DNA from: Thecamonas trahens ATCC 50062
Taxonomy: Eukaryota; Protista; Apusomonadida
Assembly: GCF_000142905.1 (NCBI RefSeq)
Contig: NW_013657663.1
Location: forward strand, 62,001 to 126,000
Length of the DNA stretch: 64,000 nucleotides
Direction of reading: 5' to 3'
The notes beneath the pieces are model-generated. The model ran no database searches. It was given only the letters and a program-made list of their open reading frames with translations, and was not told where the DNA came from. The position numbers and the translations under genes are program-made. This document shows positions 1-10,784 of this stretch, piece after piece (the stretch's first letter is position 1; each line of letters starts with the position of its first letter).

Positions 1-146
1 CCATTGACGAGGTGACTGGCGTCGGAAGGCCTGCAGGGAAAGCCATCGCTTTCCAGCTCGCGCTTGAGGTCAGACACAGCCATGTACCGCAGGTCGTGGT
101 CGTCGTTCTCCATACGGGTCACCATGTTGGACGAAAACGTGGACAT
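1..146 (-). CDS. CAND1: Cullin-associated NEDD8-dissociated protein 1, 5' end (runs off window)
   Basis: Not in ORF track. ATG at 146 reads MSTFSSNMVTRMENDDHDLRYMAVSDLKRELESDGF, matching the CAND1 N-terminus ([25 protein letters not shown]). Confidence 0.75.
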   Translation of the reverse strand, partial: MSTFSSNMVTRMENDDHDLRYMAVSDLKRELESDGFPCRPSDASHLVN

Positions 147-363
147 GGTGGGCGAGGCGTTCCGCAGCGTAGAGACGTGTGGCAACGATACCCGTGGTTG
201 GGCGACCTGTTGGCGAGGAGGGTGAAAGGAATAGTGGGTGAGGGGGATGGGGGGTGGGGGGTGGGGGGTGGGACAAAAATTGCTGGCGACAAAGACCGTG
301 GCTGTGGCTTGGCCAAGGGAGAGGACATCAATAACTTTATGGACTTAGCTAGTGTGGTGCGAG

Positions 364-3278
364 CTACGACTCCGAGTCATTCCCCTCGTCGTCGTTCGAG
401 GAAGCGCCTAGAGGCGCGTCAGTGCTGGCGTCGGCGGTGGCAGTGTCGTCGTCCGCGACGGCGGCGTCGAGATCGTCAAGCTCGGTGGCAGAGAGCGAGG
501 CGGCAACGGCGCCAGAGTCGAGCGGCGAGCGCGGGACAAAGCGGGGACGTGAGGCATGCGGCGAGTGTTGACAACGACGTCGACCATGACTGGCTCAAAC
601 ATGGCGATGCGCGAGACGCCGCCGTCGCGCCAGTGAAGCGTGAGCACCTTCTCGTCCTCGTCGTAGGTGGTGGCATCGGGGTGGATGGCGAGGTCAGCGA
701 TGTAGACCCGGTCGTCGTGCGAGAGGCCCGGCGCGAGGAGGGTGAACGACGACGAGCCGACGCCTGAGACCAGCGTCCGCATGTTGCGGATGGGCTGGTT
801 GGCGAGAAAGACGCAGAGGTACGAGAGGCCCGATGCTGTCGACGCCTGCTTGGCGTTGTACTTTTTCTCGTTGGCGTGGTCGGCGATGGCCGTCACGGCC
901 TTGGCGTCGCGGGCGGGCGCGAGGCCCGGCTGGTTCTCGCCCAGAGCCGCCGCAAGCAGCCGGTGCACCACGCAGTCCGGGTACCGGCGGATGGGCGAGG
1001 TAAAGTGGGTGTAGTGATCAAAGGCGAGCGCGTAGTGACGGAACTCGTTCTCGTCGTGGTCGGCAGTGCAAAAGTACTGCGCCGACTGCATGGGCGAGGC
1101 GAGCAGGTCCATGACCACCGCGTACACGTCACGGTCGCGCTGGGTCGTCCCCTCGCCAATCCGCTGCAGCGAGGCATGGAGCGAGCCCGACGACGACGCG
1201 TCGATGGTGTAGCCGGCGGCCGCAAGCGTGTCGATGACCTCGGTCATCTTGCGCTCCTGCGGCGGCGGGTGCAGCCTGAGCAGCGCAGTCTCGGGAAAGG
1301 CGCTGTGGATGAACTTGGCGACCTCGCGGTTGGCAAGGAGCATAAACTCCTCGATGAGCTTGTTTGACTCCCGGATCTCGTAGATGTGCCATCCGATGGG
1401 CTCGGTCATGTCCTCGTTGAGCTTGAACGCCAGCTTCGGGTTGTGGAGCGAGAGCGCGCCCGAGGCAAACCGGCGGGCGCGGAGCTTCCGCGAGAGGTCG
1501 CGGAGGACGAGGACGTCGGCGGCGACGTCGGCGGCGGAGACACCGTTGAACAGCACCGGGCCGCCGTCCTCGGGCACAGGCAGCTCGTCGCCGTCGATCA
1601 GCATTTGTGCGTGCTCGTACGCCATCTGCGCGCACGACTTGATGACCGAGCGGCCGAACCAACGGTCGACAACCGCGCCGGTCTTGAGGTTCATCTTGAA
1701 AACCGCGGAAAAGGTGAGCCGCTCAACGCCCGGCTGCAGCGAGCACAGCTGCTCGCACAGCATCCGCGGGAGCATAGGAATGACCCGCGAGACGAGGTAG
1801 ACCGAGGTCGACCGCTCCGCAGCCTCGTCATCGAGCGGCGTGCCCTCGCGCACAAAGTACGTCACGTCCGCAATGTGCACACCGATCTCGACGTGCTCGT
1901 CGTCGATGACCTCAACCGAGAGCGCGTCGTCGAGATCGCGCGCAGTGAGCGGATCAATCGAGACCACCCGATGCCCGCGAAAGTCGCGTCGCTTCGCCAG
2001 CTCCTCCGCTGGGATTGGCCAGCGAGTCGAGCCTGCGCCGAGGCCGGCAGCCGGTGACGACGCGCTGGAGCCGTCGGGCGCGTCCGACGCCGCCGCAGCC
2101 TCGACCTCGGCGGCAAATGCGTCGAGCTCGCGGAGGACCCGGCCGGTAAACGGCTCGTCCTTGACCGAGTTGGCGAGAAGGATGGCCCGCTCCTCGTTGG
2201 CGACCGAGCCGAGCTTGCCGAGCTTGGCCACCACTCGCCCATAGCCGTAGCGCGAGTCTTCGGACCACGAGTCAAAGTTGACCTGGAACATGGTCCCGGT
2301 GTACTCGTCAAAGTTCTCCAGAAAGTCGTTAGGAAGCACCTTGCGCGCCTGCTTGGACGCGATGGGAACCAGCAGCCGCGGCTGCTTCTTGTCGAGCGGC
2401 TGGAAGAGGACCGCACGATCGTCAGGTGTGACGCGACCATCGCGCCGCGACGGCTTGAACATCCCGATCAGCGTCGCTGGCCGCCGGGAGTCATCCAGGA
2501 TCGCCACCACCGAGCCGGTTGGTTGCGGCTCACGCCCGTCGTTACGCGAGCCCGGCTCAGCGGCGGCAAAGCTCTTCCACTGCGACTCGGGCTTGACACG
2601 CAGCGCCACCGTGTCGCCGTGGAACGCCCGGTTCCGGGGCGTCATCCCGTCGACAAACACGTCCTGATCGTAGTCCTTGGACGTGGCGTAGCCCTCGGTC
2701 GGGTTATGCGCATTGACGCGAAACTCTCCGATGGTCAGCGAGCCGTCGGCGAGGCCAGCATCGACCTCGGCCGGCGACAGATGTGTCTTGTACACCTTCT
2801 TCCTCCGCTTGCGCCCAGAGCCGTTGTTGTTTGCCCGGCGGCCCTTGTTCCGCTCAGCCTCGGCCCTAGCCTTGGCCTGGACACTCTCGGCCACTGCCGA
2901 TCCCTCGCCCTTGGACTTGCCCAAGCTCGCGTCACCCTTGCCATTGCCCTTGCCCTTGCCCTTGCGGCCACGTCCAGGCTCTGTCGCCGCAAACACCGGC
3001 GCGTCGTCATCGCCACACAGCTCGGCTGCCTTCTGCCGCCAGTTCTTCTTCCCAGACGACCGACCTGCGCCACCGCCCGAGCCACCGCCACCGCCACCAC
3101 TACGACCCCCACGACCACCGCGACCGCTACGACCACCACGACCACGACCGCGACCACGACCGCGACCACGACCGCGACCACGACCGCGACCGCGGTTACG
3201 TCCGCCGCCGCCGCCGCCGCTACCACCACCACCGCCGCCTCTGCGGCCCCTGCCTCTTCCCTGTTCATGACCGGACAT
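364..3278 (-). CDS. DIS3L2: DIS3-like exoribonuclease 2 (RNase II/RNB family)
   Basis: RG-rich N-terminus, NRAFHGDTV cold-shock region, SIDPLTARDLDDAL catalytic motif, HYALAFDHYTHFTSPIRRYPD; no PIN domain. The given ORF ends at 408, but one extra base near 543-546 gives an acidic tail with normal codon usage ending at TAG 364-366. Confidence 0.9.
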
Positions 3279-4078
3279 GACGTGTCCTGGTTCTGTTCTC
3301 TTCCCTAGTCCTTGCTTGGAGAGAGCTGTGACAATGACTGGCTCCTCTGTCTGACACGCTTCGTCACCGATTTGTGCGTCTCTTTCTGTCCGTTACGGTG
3401 GCATCCAACCAGTGTACCATTATGTGTTGGTCTTTTTAATGGTTGGCCCAGGGTGCCACAGCTTCGCTCTGTCCATCGTTCGCCTTCCATTTCGAGGTAT
3501 CCATTTGAGGGCAGAAGAGTCGATTGGATGCACCACACTCTCGGTTGCCGGCCGAGCGCTCGCTCCGCTGGCTCGACGGCTTGATACTTCCTAGCATTTA
3601 CTGTGCTGACCATCTTTGCCAGCACATCGTGCCAATTGGCACGGTCAGCTGCGTGTACGTAAGCGCCGTTCGATGGCTCGATCTCGCGTACACACGAGAT
3701 CAAGGCAAGAATCGGGCACCCAGATGGCGCCCGTCGTCGTCGTCGCGCGTCGTCATCAAAGGGGTGGGCGGGTGGGCGGGTGGGCTCCCGCTCCATCGGA
3801 GCCCACTCTGTCGACGCCATCGGAGCTCTTAGCGAAGTAGGGGGTCAGCCGCATCGCTCCGATCAGCCGGCCGCGAGTGTTAGCGACTCGTAGCAGTCGC
3901 GGCAACAGCAGGTGTCAGATGGTGCGGAAGAGTGAGTGTATGGCTTGGTCGGTGCCAACCGCAGCCATCGACATTGGTCGTTGTTGGCTTTGTCAGACTG
4001 CTCACTCGCGTGCGACAGTCTCGAATCTGTTGTTGCAGAGCACGTGCTGGCTGCCGGGCGCCAACACGCCGGCCTCGA

Positions 4079-4810
4079 TCAGCTGGTGTGCTTCATCATC
4101 CAGATAAGCGGGAGATCCGGTGTCGAGCGGCGCAGGCCAGCAGACGGCCGCGGCAGAGCGGGTGGCGGTGGTGGTGGTGGTGGTGCAGACGGTGCAGGCG
4201 GGAGCGGCAGAGGTGGTAGTGCCTGTTGCAGCTCGCTACTTGGCTCGTGCTCGGCCTCGGCCTCGGCCTCGTGGATGGCAGCAGTCTCACCATCAGCGGC
4301 AACAACCACACTCGATCCGTGCTCGACAGAATCAAAGGTCTCCACGAACCCAATCGAGGCGTAGAACAACGCCTGGTCCTTGGTGTTGAGCCACCAAGTC
4401 GTCACTGACGGAAACATCTCCGCCACAGCCTGCTCCACGCCGGCCATCAGCGCCTTGCCGACTCCGAGCCCACGCAGCGATGGCGCAATGATGACCGACT
4501 CTACGTACACTTCGCTGCCGTCCGCAACCAACGACGCCAGCCCGGCAAGTCCCGATGCACCCGCTGGCTTGCGCGCAGCCCACCAGACCCGAGCATGGCC
4601 AACGATCATCTCACTCCTGTCATCAACAAGTACAAACGAGGTCGGCGCCAGGTCCCTGCCCGACTTGCGCAGCGATGCGAGCCTCGCCGTCAGCGACCGC
4701 CTCCAGAAGCTATTCAACAGCAGTGCCACGGCCTCCAAGACATCGTCACAAGCCAAGGAACCCTCAAGCACCTCCAGTCGGAGCCCAGCAGCTCCCAAGC
4801 CCTCGTCCAT
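4079..4810 (-). CDS. NAA80: GNAT acetyltransferase, actin N-terminal acetyltransferase NAA80/NAT6-like
   Basis: LLNSFWRRSLTARLASL, IVGHARV, VESVIIAPSLRGLGVGKALM (AcCoA motif), LNTKDQALFYASIGF, polyproline insert and terminal LIWMMK parallel human NAA80 (WPRSRTSRLHSL, VVGHARL, TTHDQVHFY, IFWMEK). Confidence 0.8.
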   Translation of the reverse strand: MDEGLGAAGLRLEVLEGSLACDDVLEAVALLLNSFWRRSLTARLASLRKSGRDLAPTSFVLVDDRSEMIVGHARVWWAARKPAGASGLAGLASLVADGSEVYVESVIIAPSLRGLGVGKALMAGVEQAVAEMFPSVTTWWLNTKDQALFYASIGFVETFDSVEHGSSVVVAADGETAAIHEAEAEAEHEPSSELQQALPPLPLPPAPSAPPPPPPPPALPRPSAGLRRSTPDLPLIWMMKHTS

Positions 4811-5064
4811 TGCTCACCAGTTCGCCACCCAGAGTTGAGTGGCCTTCGATTGCGGTGAGAGTTAGTGCACATCAGCGACTGCCGCTACAACGACAACCTT
4901 CAGAGAGGCCCACAGAGCATCAAAAGACGATGAGCCCATCCCAGTTGTACACTTTGATAGCTCCGCAGCTTCAATCACCTGAGCAGAGCAAGCCATCGGA
5001 GGCGTCGATAGCCTTGCTCGGGGTTCAGCTGATCCCACTTGCTTGCCACACACCCAACTCGAGC

Positions 5065-6447
5065 ATGGGCCACCGACGGAGAAAGAAGCCAGCTGAGGCC
5101 GCAGGTCCTCCACCGCCGCCTCCAGAGGGTTGGGACCGGTGCTTGGAGTGGCTTCCCAAGAAGAAGCGGTACTGCAGTCAGCAGGTCCGCTCCGGCGACT
5201 CGATGTGTGCCTACCATTCTCCTTCGGCTCAGTCATCGAGGATACCTTGTCCGCTCGATCCGAAGCATACCATTCGGAAGGATCAGCTTCAAGCTCATCT
5301 GGCTGTTTGTCCGCAGGCTGCGCGCAATGCTCTCATGGAGGCCCACCCGGCTTACGTGGCCGATGTCAACTTGCCCGGACTGCCGGCGCCTGATGACGGT
5401 CTGCCCGATCTCATGGCCGCGCCGCCGGACATGATCGTCGCCTTTCTCGACGCGCTCGATTCGGTCATGGTGGCCGAGCTCGATGCCGGCCGTGCCTCTC
5501 TCATCTATGACGAGCCAGAGACTCTACCGAGTCTTGTTGACGACGACATCACTGGTGCACAGGTGAAGCACGTCCGCCAGGTGGCAGCCATTGTGGGACA
5601 CGTCGCCCGAGATGGCATGCTCGACACCGACCACCTGTACGTCGAGCCCGGCGCCGGCAAGGGCTCGCTTGTCGATGGCCTCGGCCGTGCGCTTGGCGTC
5701 TTTTCCCGCAGCGTCTTCTCCAAAGTCTCTGCGGGTGGCGCCGGGCCGAGCACCACGAGCAGCGACGTGGGCGACGAGCATGCAGACCGCCCGCCACTCT
5801 TTGTCCTTCTCGAGCGCGAGAAGCGGCGATGGGTTGCTGAGCGCGGCATGCGGCGCTCGCTAGCTCTGCGAGTCCGTATCGATATCAAGGATGCCGACCT
5901 TGCCGCCCTACCCGATGTCGACCCGACCGCGCCGCGGGTCATGGTGGCCAAGCACCTCTGCGGTGGCGCCACCGACCTCGCCCTGTACATGGCCACCCGG
6001 ACCGAGACTCTGCGCGACTCATTCGAGGCCGTCTACATCGCCCAGTGCTGCTACGGCAAAGTCTCTGCTGACACTTTTGTCGGTATGCCGTTCTTGGCTC
6101 AGCGTGGCCTCGCCCGCTACTTTTCCTGGATCCGCCGCTGCTCCGAGTGGGCCATCTCCATCGAGGGTGCCTCGCTCGACGCGCCCTCGCTCGCCGACTG
6201 GCTAGCCTCAAACGCCCGCACCTCCTGGCGGGCTCGCTGCTCCGTCGCTGACGACCATCTTACCGTCGACGACCTCCCCGCCAGCCTCCGCGTCGCCATC
6301 GGCTACAAGGCCCGCACTCTCATCGAACTTGCTCGCGCCTGGTACCTCGAGAGTCAAGGCTTCATCACCCGCCGCGTCGAGTACGTTCCGCTCTGTGTCA
6401 CACCCCAGAACGTTCTCCTCGTTGGCCTCCGCCCGCGCCCTACCTAA
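5065..6447 (+). CDS. TRMT13: tRNA:m(4)X 2'-O-methyltransferase TRM13
   Basis: N-terminal CCCH finger (CLEWLPKKKRYC...CAYH), U11-48K-type finger (CPLDPKHTI...HLAVC), EPGAGKG SAM motif, KHLCGGATDLAL, TPQNVLL. Start placed at MGHRRRKK (ATG 5065). Confidence 0.9.
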   Translation: MGHRRRKKPAEAAGPPPPPPEGWDRCLEWLPKKKRYCSQQVRSGDSMCAYHSPSAQSSRIPCPLDPKHTIRKDQLQAHLAVCPQAARNALMEAHPAYVADVNLPGLPAPDDGLPDLMAAPPDMIVAFLDALDSVMVAELDAGRASLIYDEPETLPSLVDDDITGAQVKHVRQVAAIVGHVARDGMLDTDHLYVEPGAGKGSLVDGLGRALGVFSRSVFSKVSAGGAGPSTTSSDVGDEHADRPPLFVLLEREKRRWVAERGMRRSLALRVRIDIKDADLAALPDVDPTAPRVMVAKHLCGGATDLALYMATRTETLRDSFEAVYIAQCCYGKVSADTFVGMPFLAQRGLARYFSWIRRCSEWAISIEGASLDAPSLADWLASNARTSWRARCSVADDHLTVDDLPASLRVAIGYKARTLIELARAWYLESQGFITRRVEYVPLCVTPQNVLLVGLRPRPT

Positions 6448-6827
6448 CAGGCAGCCACTCCCGCCGACTCCAATCGGCCCCGTCTGGCCGAGACGCGGAA
6501 AAGAAAGGGGGGGGGGGAAATCCCCGAAAAACTGCGTTGCCCAACAGCCAAGCCAAGCCAGGCCAAGCCAGTCTGGGCACTTACCCACACACGCCATCGT
6601 CACATCTGCTGGGACGAACCAGCTTACAATGAACGCCGTACCAGAAGCGCGACTTGGGAAGACCATCCCAGTCACTCGGCCAGCCAATGATCTGGCGACC
6701 ATCACGACAGAACCATCGAGGTCTAGCCGTAGCTCACCAGTATTGCTGGGCAAGTCATGTCCGGACAGGCAGAGAGAACACATCACACTCACCTCCTCCC
6801 GCTTGTCCCCCGGTCGTCTTTGGCATC

Positions 6828-9800
6828 ATGTCTGCCACACCCGCTCCGACTCGGCCGTCCCACATCGTCCGTGGAACTGTCATTGCCTACTGCACCTTCA
6901 CCAATGACCCCATGCCTGTCACCTCCTTGTCAGGTACCTCTCCTCGTGTGGTGCGGCGGTTTGTGCCTCTGACGGATGAAGGCCGACTTGAGGCATATGC
7001 GCTGGATGTGCTCTTCTCCTTTGACCATCGTGCTGATGTGCTGTATACTACAACTCCTGGTATGGCTCCAACCAAGATACTGGCCATGAATAAGGACTTT
7101 GTCTCGGTTGATGTCTTTGCTCCCGGAGACACCATCTATCTTACCGGTACTCTCGCCTGGTTTGCTGACAAGGTCGTCTGCGATGAGTGCAGGACGAGGA
7201 TCTCGCTGCCGGACTACCACTGCTCCCATGTCTTTGGCTGCTCTGACTATGATCGCTGCCCGGACTGCTACGATACCGCAGGCCCGCATGCTCCGGGCCA
7301 CGTGCTCGTCCCCAAGGCGCATGTGCCCAAGCCGCGGACGTACCTCCGCTCGCGCTCGCTGTACGAGACCCTCGCTCTTGCGCTCGCCAACTACTCCTCA
7401 GATCCGCTCTTTGGCCAGCGACCAAGCCAGGACGCCGAGTATTCTTGGATCTCGTACGAGGCCTTTTACGACCGCGCGCACGATCTCGGCTCCGGCCTCG
7501 CTCACCTCACCCGCGAGAAGCCCGATCCGTTCCATGCCGGCATCATGGCCTCCAACTCGATCGGGTGGCTTCTCGCCGAGTTTGCTGCCACCTCACGCGC
7601 CTGGGTCACCGTCCCACTCCATGTCTCGTACACCGACGCCCAGCTCTCGCACATCATGGCCACCGTCCCGCTCGGCCTCGTTTTCTGCGAGGCCAACGAG
7701 GCTGAACGCCTCATCCGCCTCCTCAAAGCCGCCGGCGCCACTTCGGCGCTTGTTGTTGTTCTCACTCCGGCGTTCGTCTTTGCGCGGACAGCGGTCCACG
7801 ACGGGACGCTGCCGGAGCTCCCGCCGACTCCGGCCAGCCTCCCCGCGTCGGGCGGCGGCTTTGCAGTCATTCCTGCTGAGCGCATCGAGGCCATGGGCCA
7901 CGACAAGCCGGCCGCGCCGCGCATCTCCCACCCGTCGGTCCTCGAGACCATTGTCTTTACCTCGGGCTCGACCGGCATGCCCAAGGGCGTGACAGTGACC
8001 GAGGCCAACGCGCACGCCGAAGTCGACATGTACTGTGAGGTCTTTTCCCTCGCACGCCCCTATGTTGTCGTCGAAGTCGCGCCGTTTGCTTGGATGACTG
8101 GGCGTGACGACGCCCGCATCACCATGCTCTACGGCGGCGCCATGGCCATCTACTCTCGCCCGATGTCACGGCTCCTCGAAGATTTACAGGAGATTTCGCC
8201 GTCAAACGTCAAGTGCATGCCGGCCATCTGGGCCCGCATCTACGCGTCGTACAAGACCGTTGTCGCCTCGCTCCGCGCAAGCGGCTCTTCGACGGCCGAA
8301 GCCGAGAAGGCCGCCCGCGCTGCCTTCAACCCGGTCCTCGGCAGCCGGGTCCAGACCATTGTCACCGGCGGCGCTCACACGGCACTCGCCGTCAAGAAAT
8401 TCCTCAAGGAGACCTGGCCCAACGCCATGTTTTACGACGCGTACGGCACGTCCGAGGCCGGCGGCATTGCAGTCAACGGTGTCGTCAACAGCGGTGTGGA
8501 GGTCCGGCTCGTCGACGTCCCCGAGATGGGCTACCTCACGTCCGACAACCCGCCGCGCGGTGAGATCTACGTCCGCACCCGCATCATGACTGACGGCTAC
8601 TACAACGATCCCGAAAACACTGCCAAGCGCCTCAAAGACGGCGGATGGTTTGCTACCGGCGACATTGGCGTCATGGACTCGCCGTCAACTCTCGAGGTCA
8701 TCGACCGCCGCTCGGCCATCTTCAAGCTTGCCACCGGTGAGTTCATTGTTCCGTCCATGATCGAGGACGTGCTCCATGGCGCGCCGCTCGTCACTCACAT
8801 CTACGTCCACGGCGACATGACCCGGTCAGCACTTGTCGCGGTTGTCGTCCCCGACCTCGATGCTCTCGTTGCGCTCGTCGGCGAGGACTCGGGCATCGAC
8901 TGGAACGAGCAGCGTGCCGCGGTAGCTCTCCCGCACGACGCGCCAGTCCGTCCGCTCCCGGCAACAGTCCACATGCTCGTCCTCCGCTCACTCCGTACCT
9001 TTGCCGCCTCGGCCGGCCTCTCGTCGTCGAACATCCCGCAGGCTGTCTACATCGACGTCCGCCCGTTTACGCCCAAGGCGGGTCTCCTCACTGCATCGAT
9101 GAAGATCTGCCGCTCGGGTCTCTCCAGTCACTACGCTGGCGTCATTGAGGAGATGTACGCCCGGCTTAACGCCTCGGAGCAACTAGCCACACCCAAGGCT
9201 GCTGACGTTGCCGTCGCCACGCCCGGCACCGGCTCGCACTCGGGCCAAGCCTTTCCGTCGTCCGACGACGGCGAGGGCGCCAGCGGAGGTGGCTCCAAGG
9301 CCACGCTTGACGCGCTCCGCAACATCATCGGCAACTACGTCGGCTCGGCCAGTGCCGACACTGCAGGTGCCTCGCTCGTCGAGATGGGCGTTTCTTCTAC
9401 CGACACCATCCGCGTCCTCGCCGCCGTCCAGAAGCAGCTCGCCGCTCAGCTCCCTGTTGACCTTGTCTACGAAGGCCTCACCATCGAGGAGATGGCCGAC
9501 TACATTGACTCGGCCGGGCCGAGCGGCGCACCGGCGACGCCCACTGCAGGCGCCATCGCCAAGCGCTCGCAGTCACGCCAGCTCTACGACGACGACTTTA
9601 TCCGCCTCGTCCGCCAGGGCAAGACCGCGCTCGCGCCGGTCGCCGACCTACCAGAGCTTGAGCCGCAGACCACCAGCGGTGAAACGGTCTTTGTCACCGG
9701 AGCCACTGGCTTTCTGGGCCGGTACATTGTTGAGGATCTGCTCTCTAAGCACACTGCGGCCCGAGTGGTCATTCTGGTCCGAGCGCGCTCGGCCGAACAT

Positions 9801-10771
9801 GCCGAGGAGCGCATGCGCGAGGCCGCCATTGCCGCCAACCTCGCGCACTTGCTAGCCGCGATCGGCACCGACCGGCTTGAGCTAGTGGTCGGCGATCTGG
9901 GCATGCCGATGTTTGGGGCAAGTCCCGAACAGTACGTGCGTCTTGCGGGCGAGGTGACCCGGGTCATTCACGCTGGCGCCCGAGTCTCATGGGTCGTCCC
10001 CTACTCGCAGCTGCGACAGGCCAACGTGGTGGGCACGGTTGAGATTGCACGGTTCTGCATGACGGTCCGGCACAAGCCGCTACTGTACGTATCGACGCTG
10101 AGCGCGTCGGCGTCGCTGCGGGAGGAGCTTGCGCCGGCACAGTACTTTTCGGCTGCGAGGGGCTACGCCGCCTCCAAGCACATGGGCGAGCTGGTAACGG
10201 TTGCTGCCGGACGAGAGGGCCTTCCGGTTGCCATTGTCCGGCCAGGCATGATTGTGGCCGATCCGCGGACCGGATGGTGCCAGTCCTCCGACTTTGTGCC
10301 GCGGTTTGTGGGTGGCGTCCTTGCTGTGGGCGCGTATCCTGCGCCGCTGCCGGGCACGTTTGAGATGGTGCCTGTACCGACGGTAGCGGCGACGATAGTG
10401 CGCCTGGCGTACGAGGCGCCGCACGACGCGCGGGTGTACCACGTGTGCAACCCGGCCAAGGCATGCCTCTCGTACTCGGAAGTCGGCGAAGCGATTGCTG
10501 CCGCCGCGAGTGCTGCAGCTCCGGACAGCGATGCCAGTGTCGCGGTTGTGGCCATGGACCACCGCGCCTGGGTTGCACGTGTCCGCGAGGCCGGCCAGGC
10601 GACGCCGCTGGCACCGTTGATCGACTTTGTGGCCGACCCGCGCTTTTTGAGGCCGGCATGGACCACGCGTGCACCAACACCCGAGCGGCGCTCGCGCTCA
10701 ACGGCCCATTTGCGGAAATTGACTCGGGGGTCATTGCTGCGTATGTGCGTTTCCTGCAGGCATCGGGCTAG
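6828..10771 (+). CDS. NRPS-like carboxylic acid reductase (ZZ zinc finger - adenylation - PCP - thioester reductase)
   Basis: ZZ-like CDEC...YHC..C.DYDRCPDCY; A-domain FTSGSTGMPKG, YGTSE, FATGDIG, IDRRSAIFKLATGEF; PCP MGVSS; R-domain VTGATGFLG, GYAASK, IVRPG. An extra T at T5 10644-10648 joins the natural C-terminus (CTNTRAAL...YVRFLQASG*, stop 10771). The given read-through to 11633 overlaps APEH antisense. Confidence 0.85.
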
Positions 10772-10784
10772 CTGCTGCGTCAGC

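Noticed and set aside
3305-3820. 171-aa ORF upstream of DIS3L2
   Set aside because: No recognisable domain and atypical codon usage.
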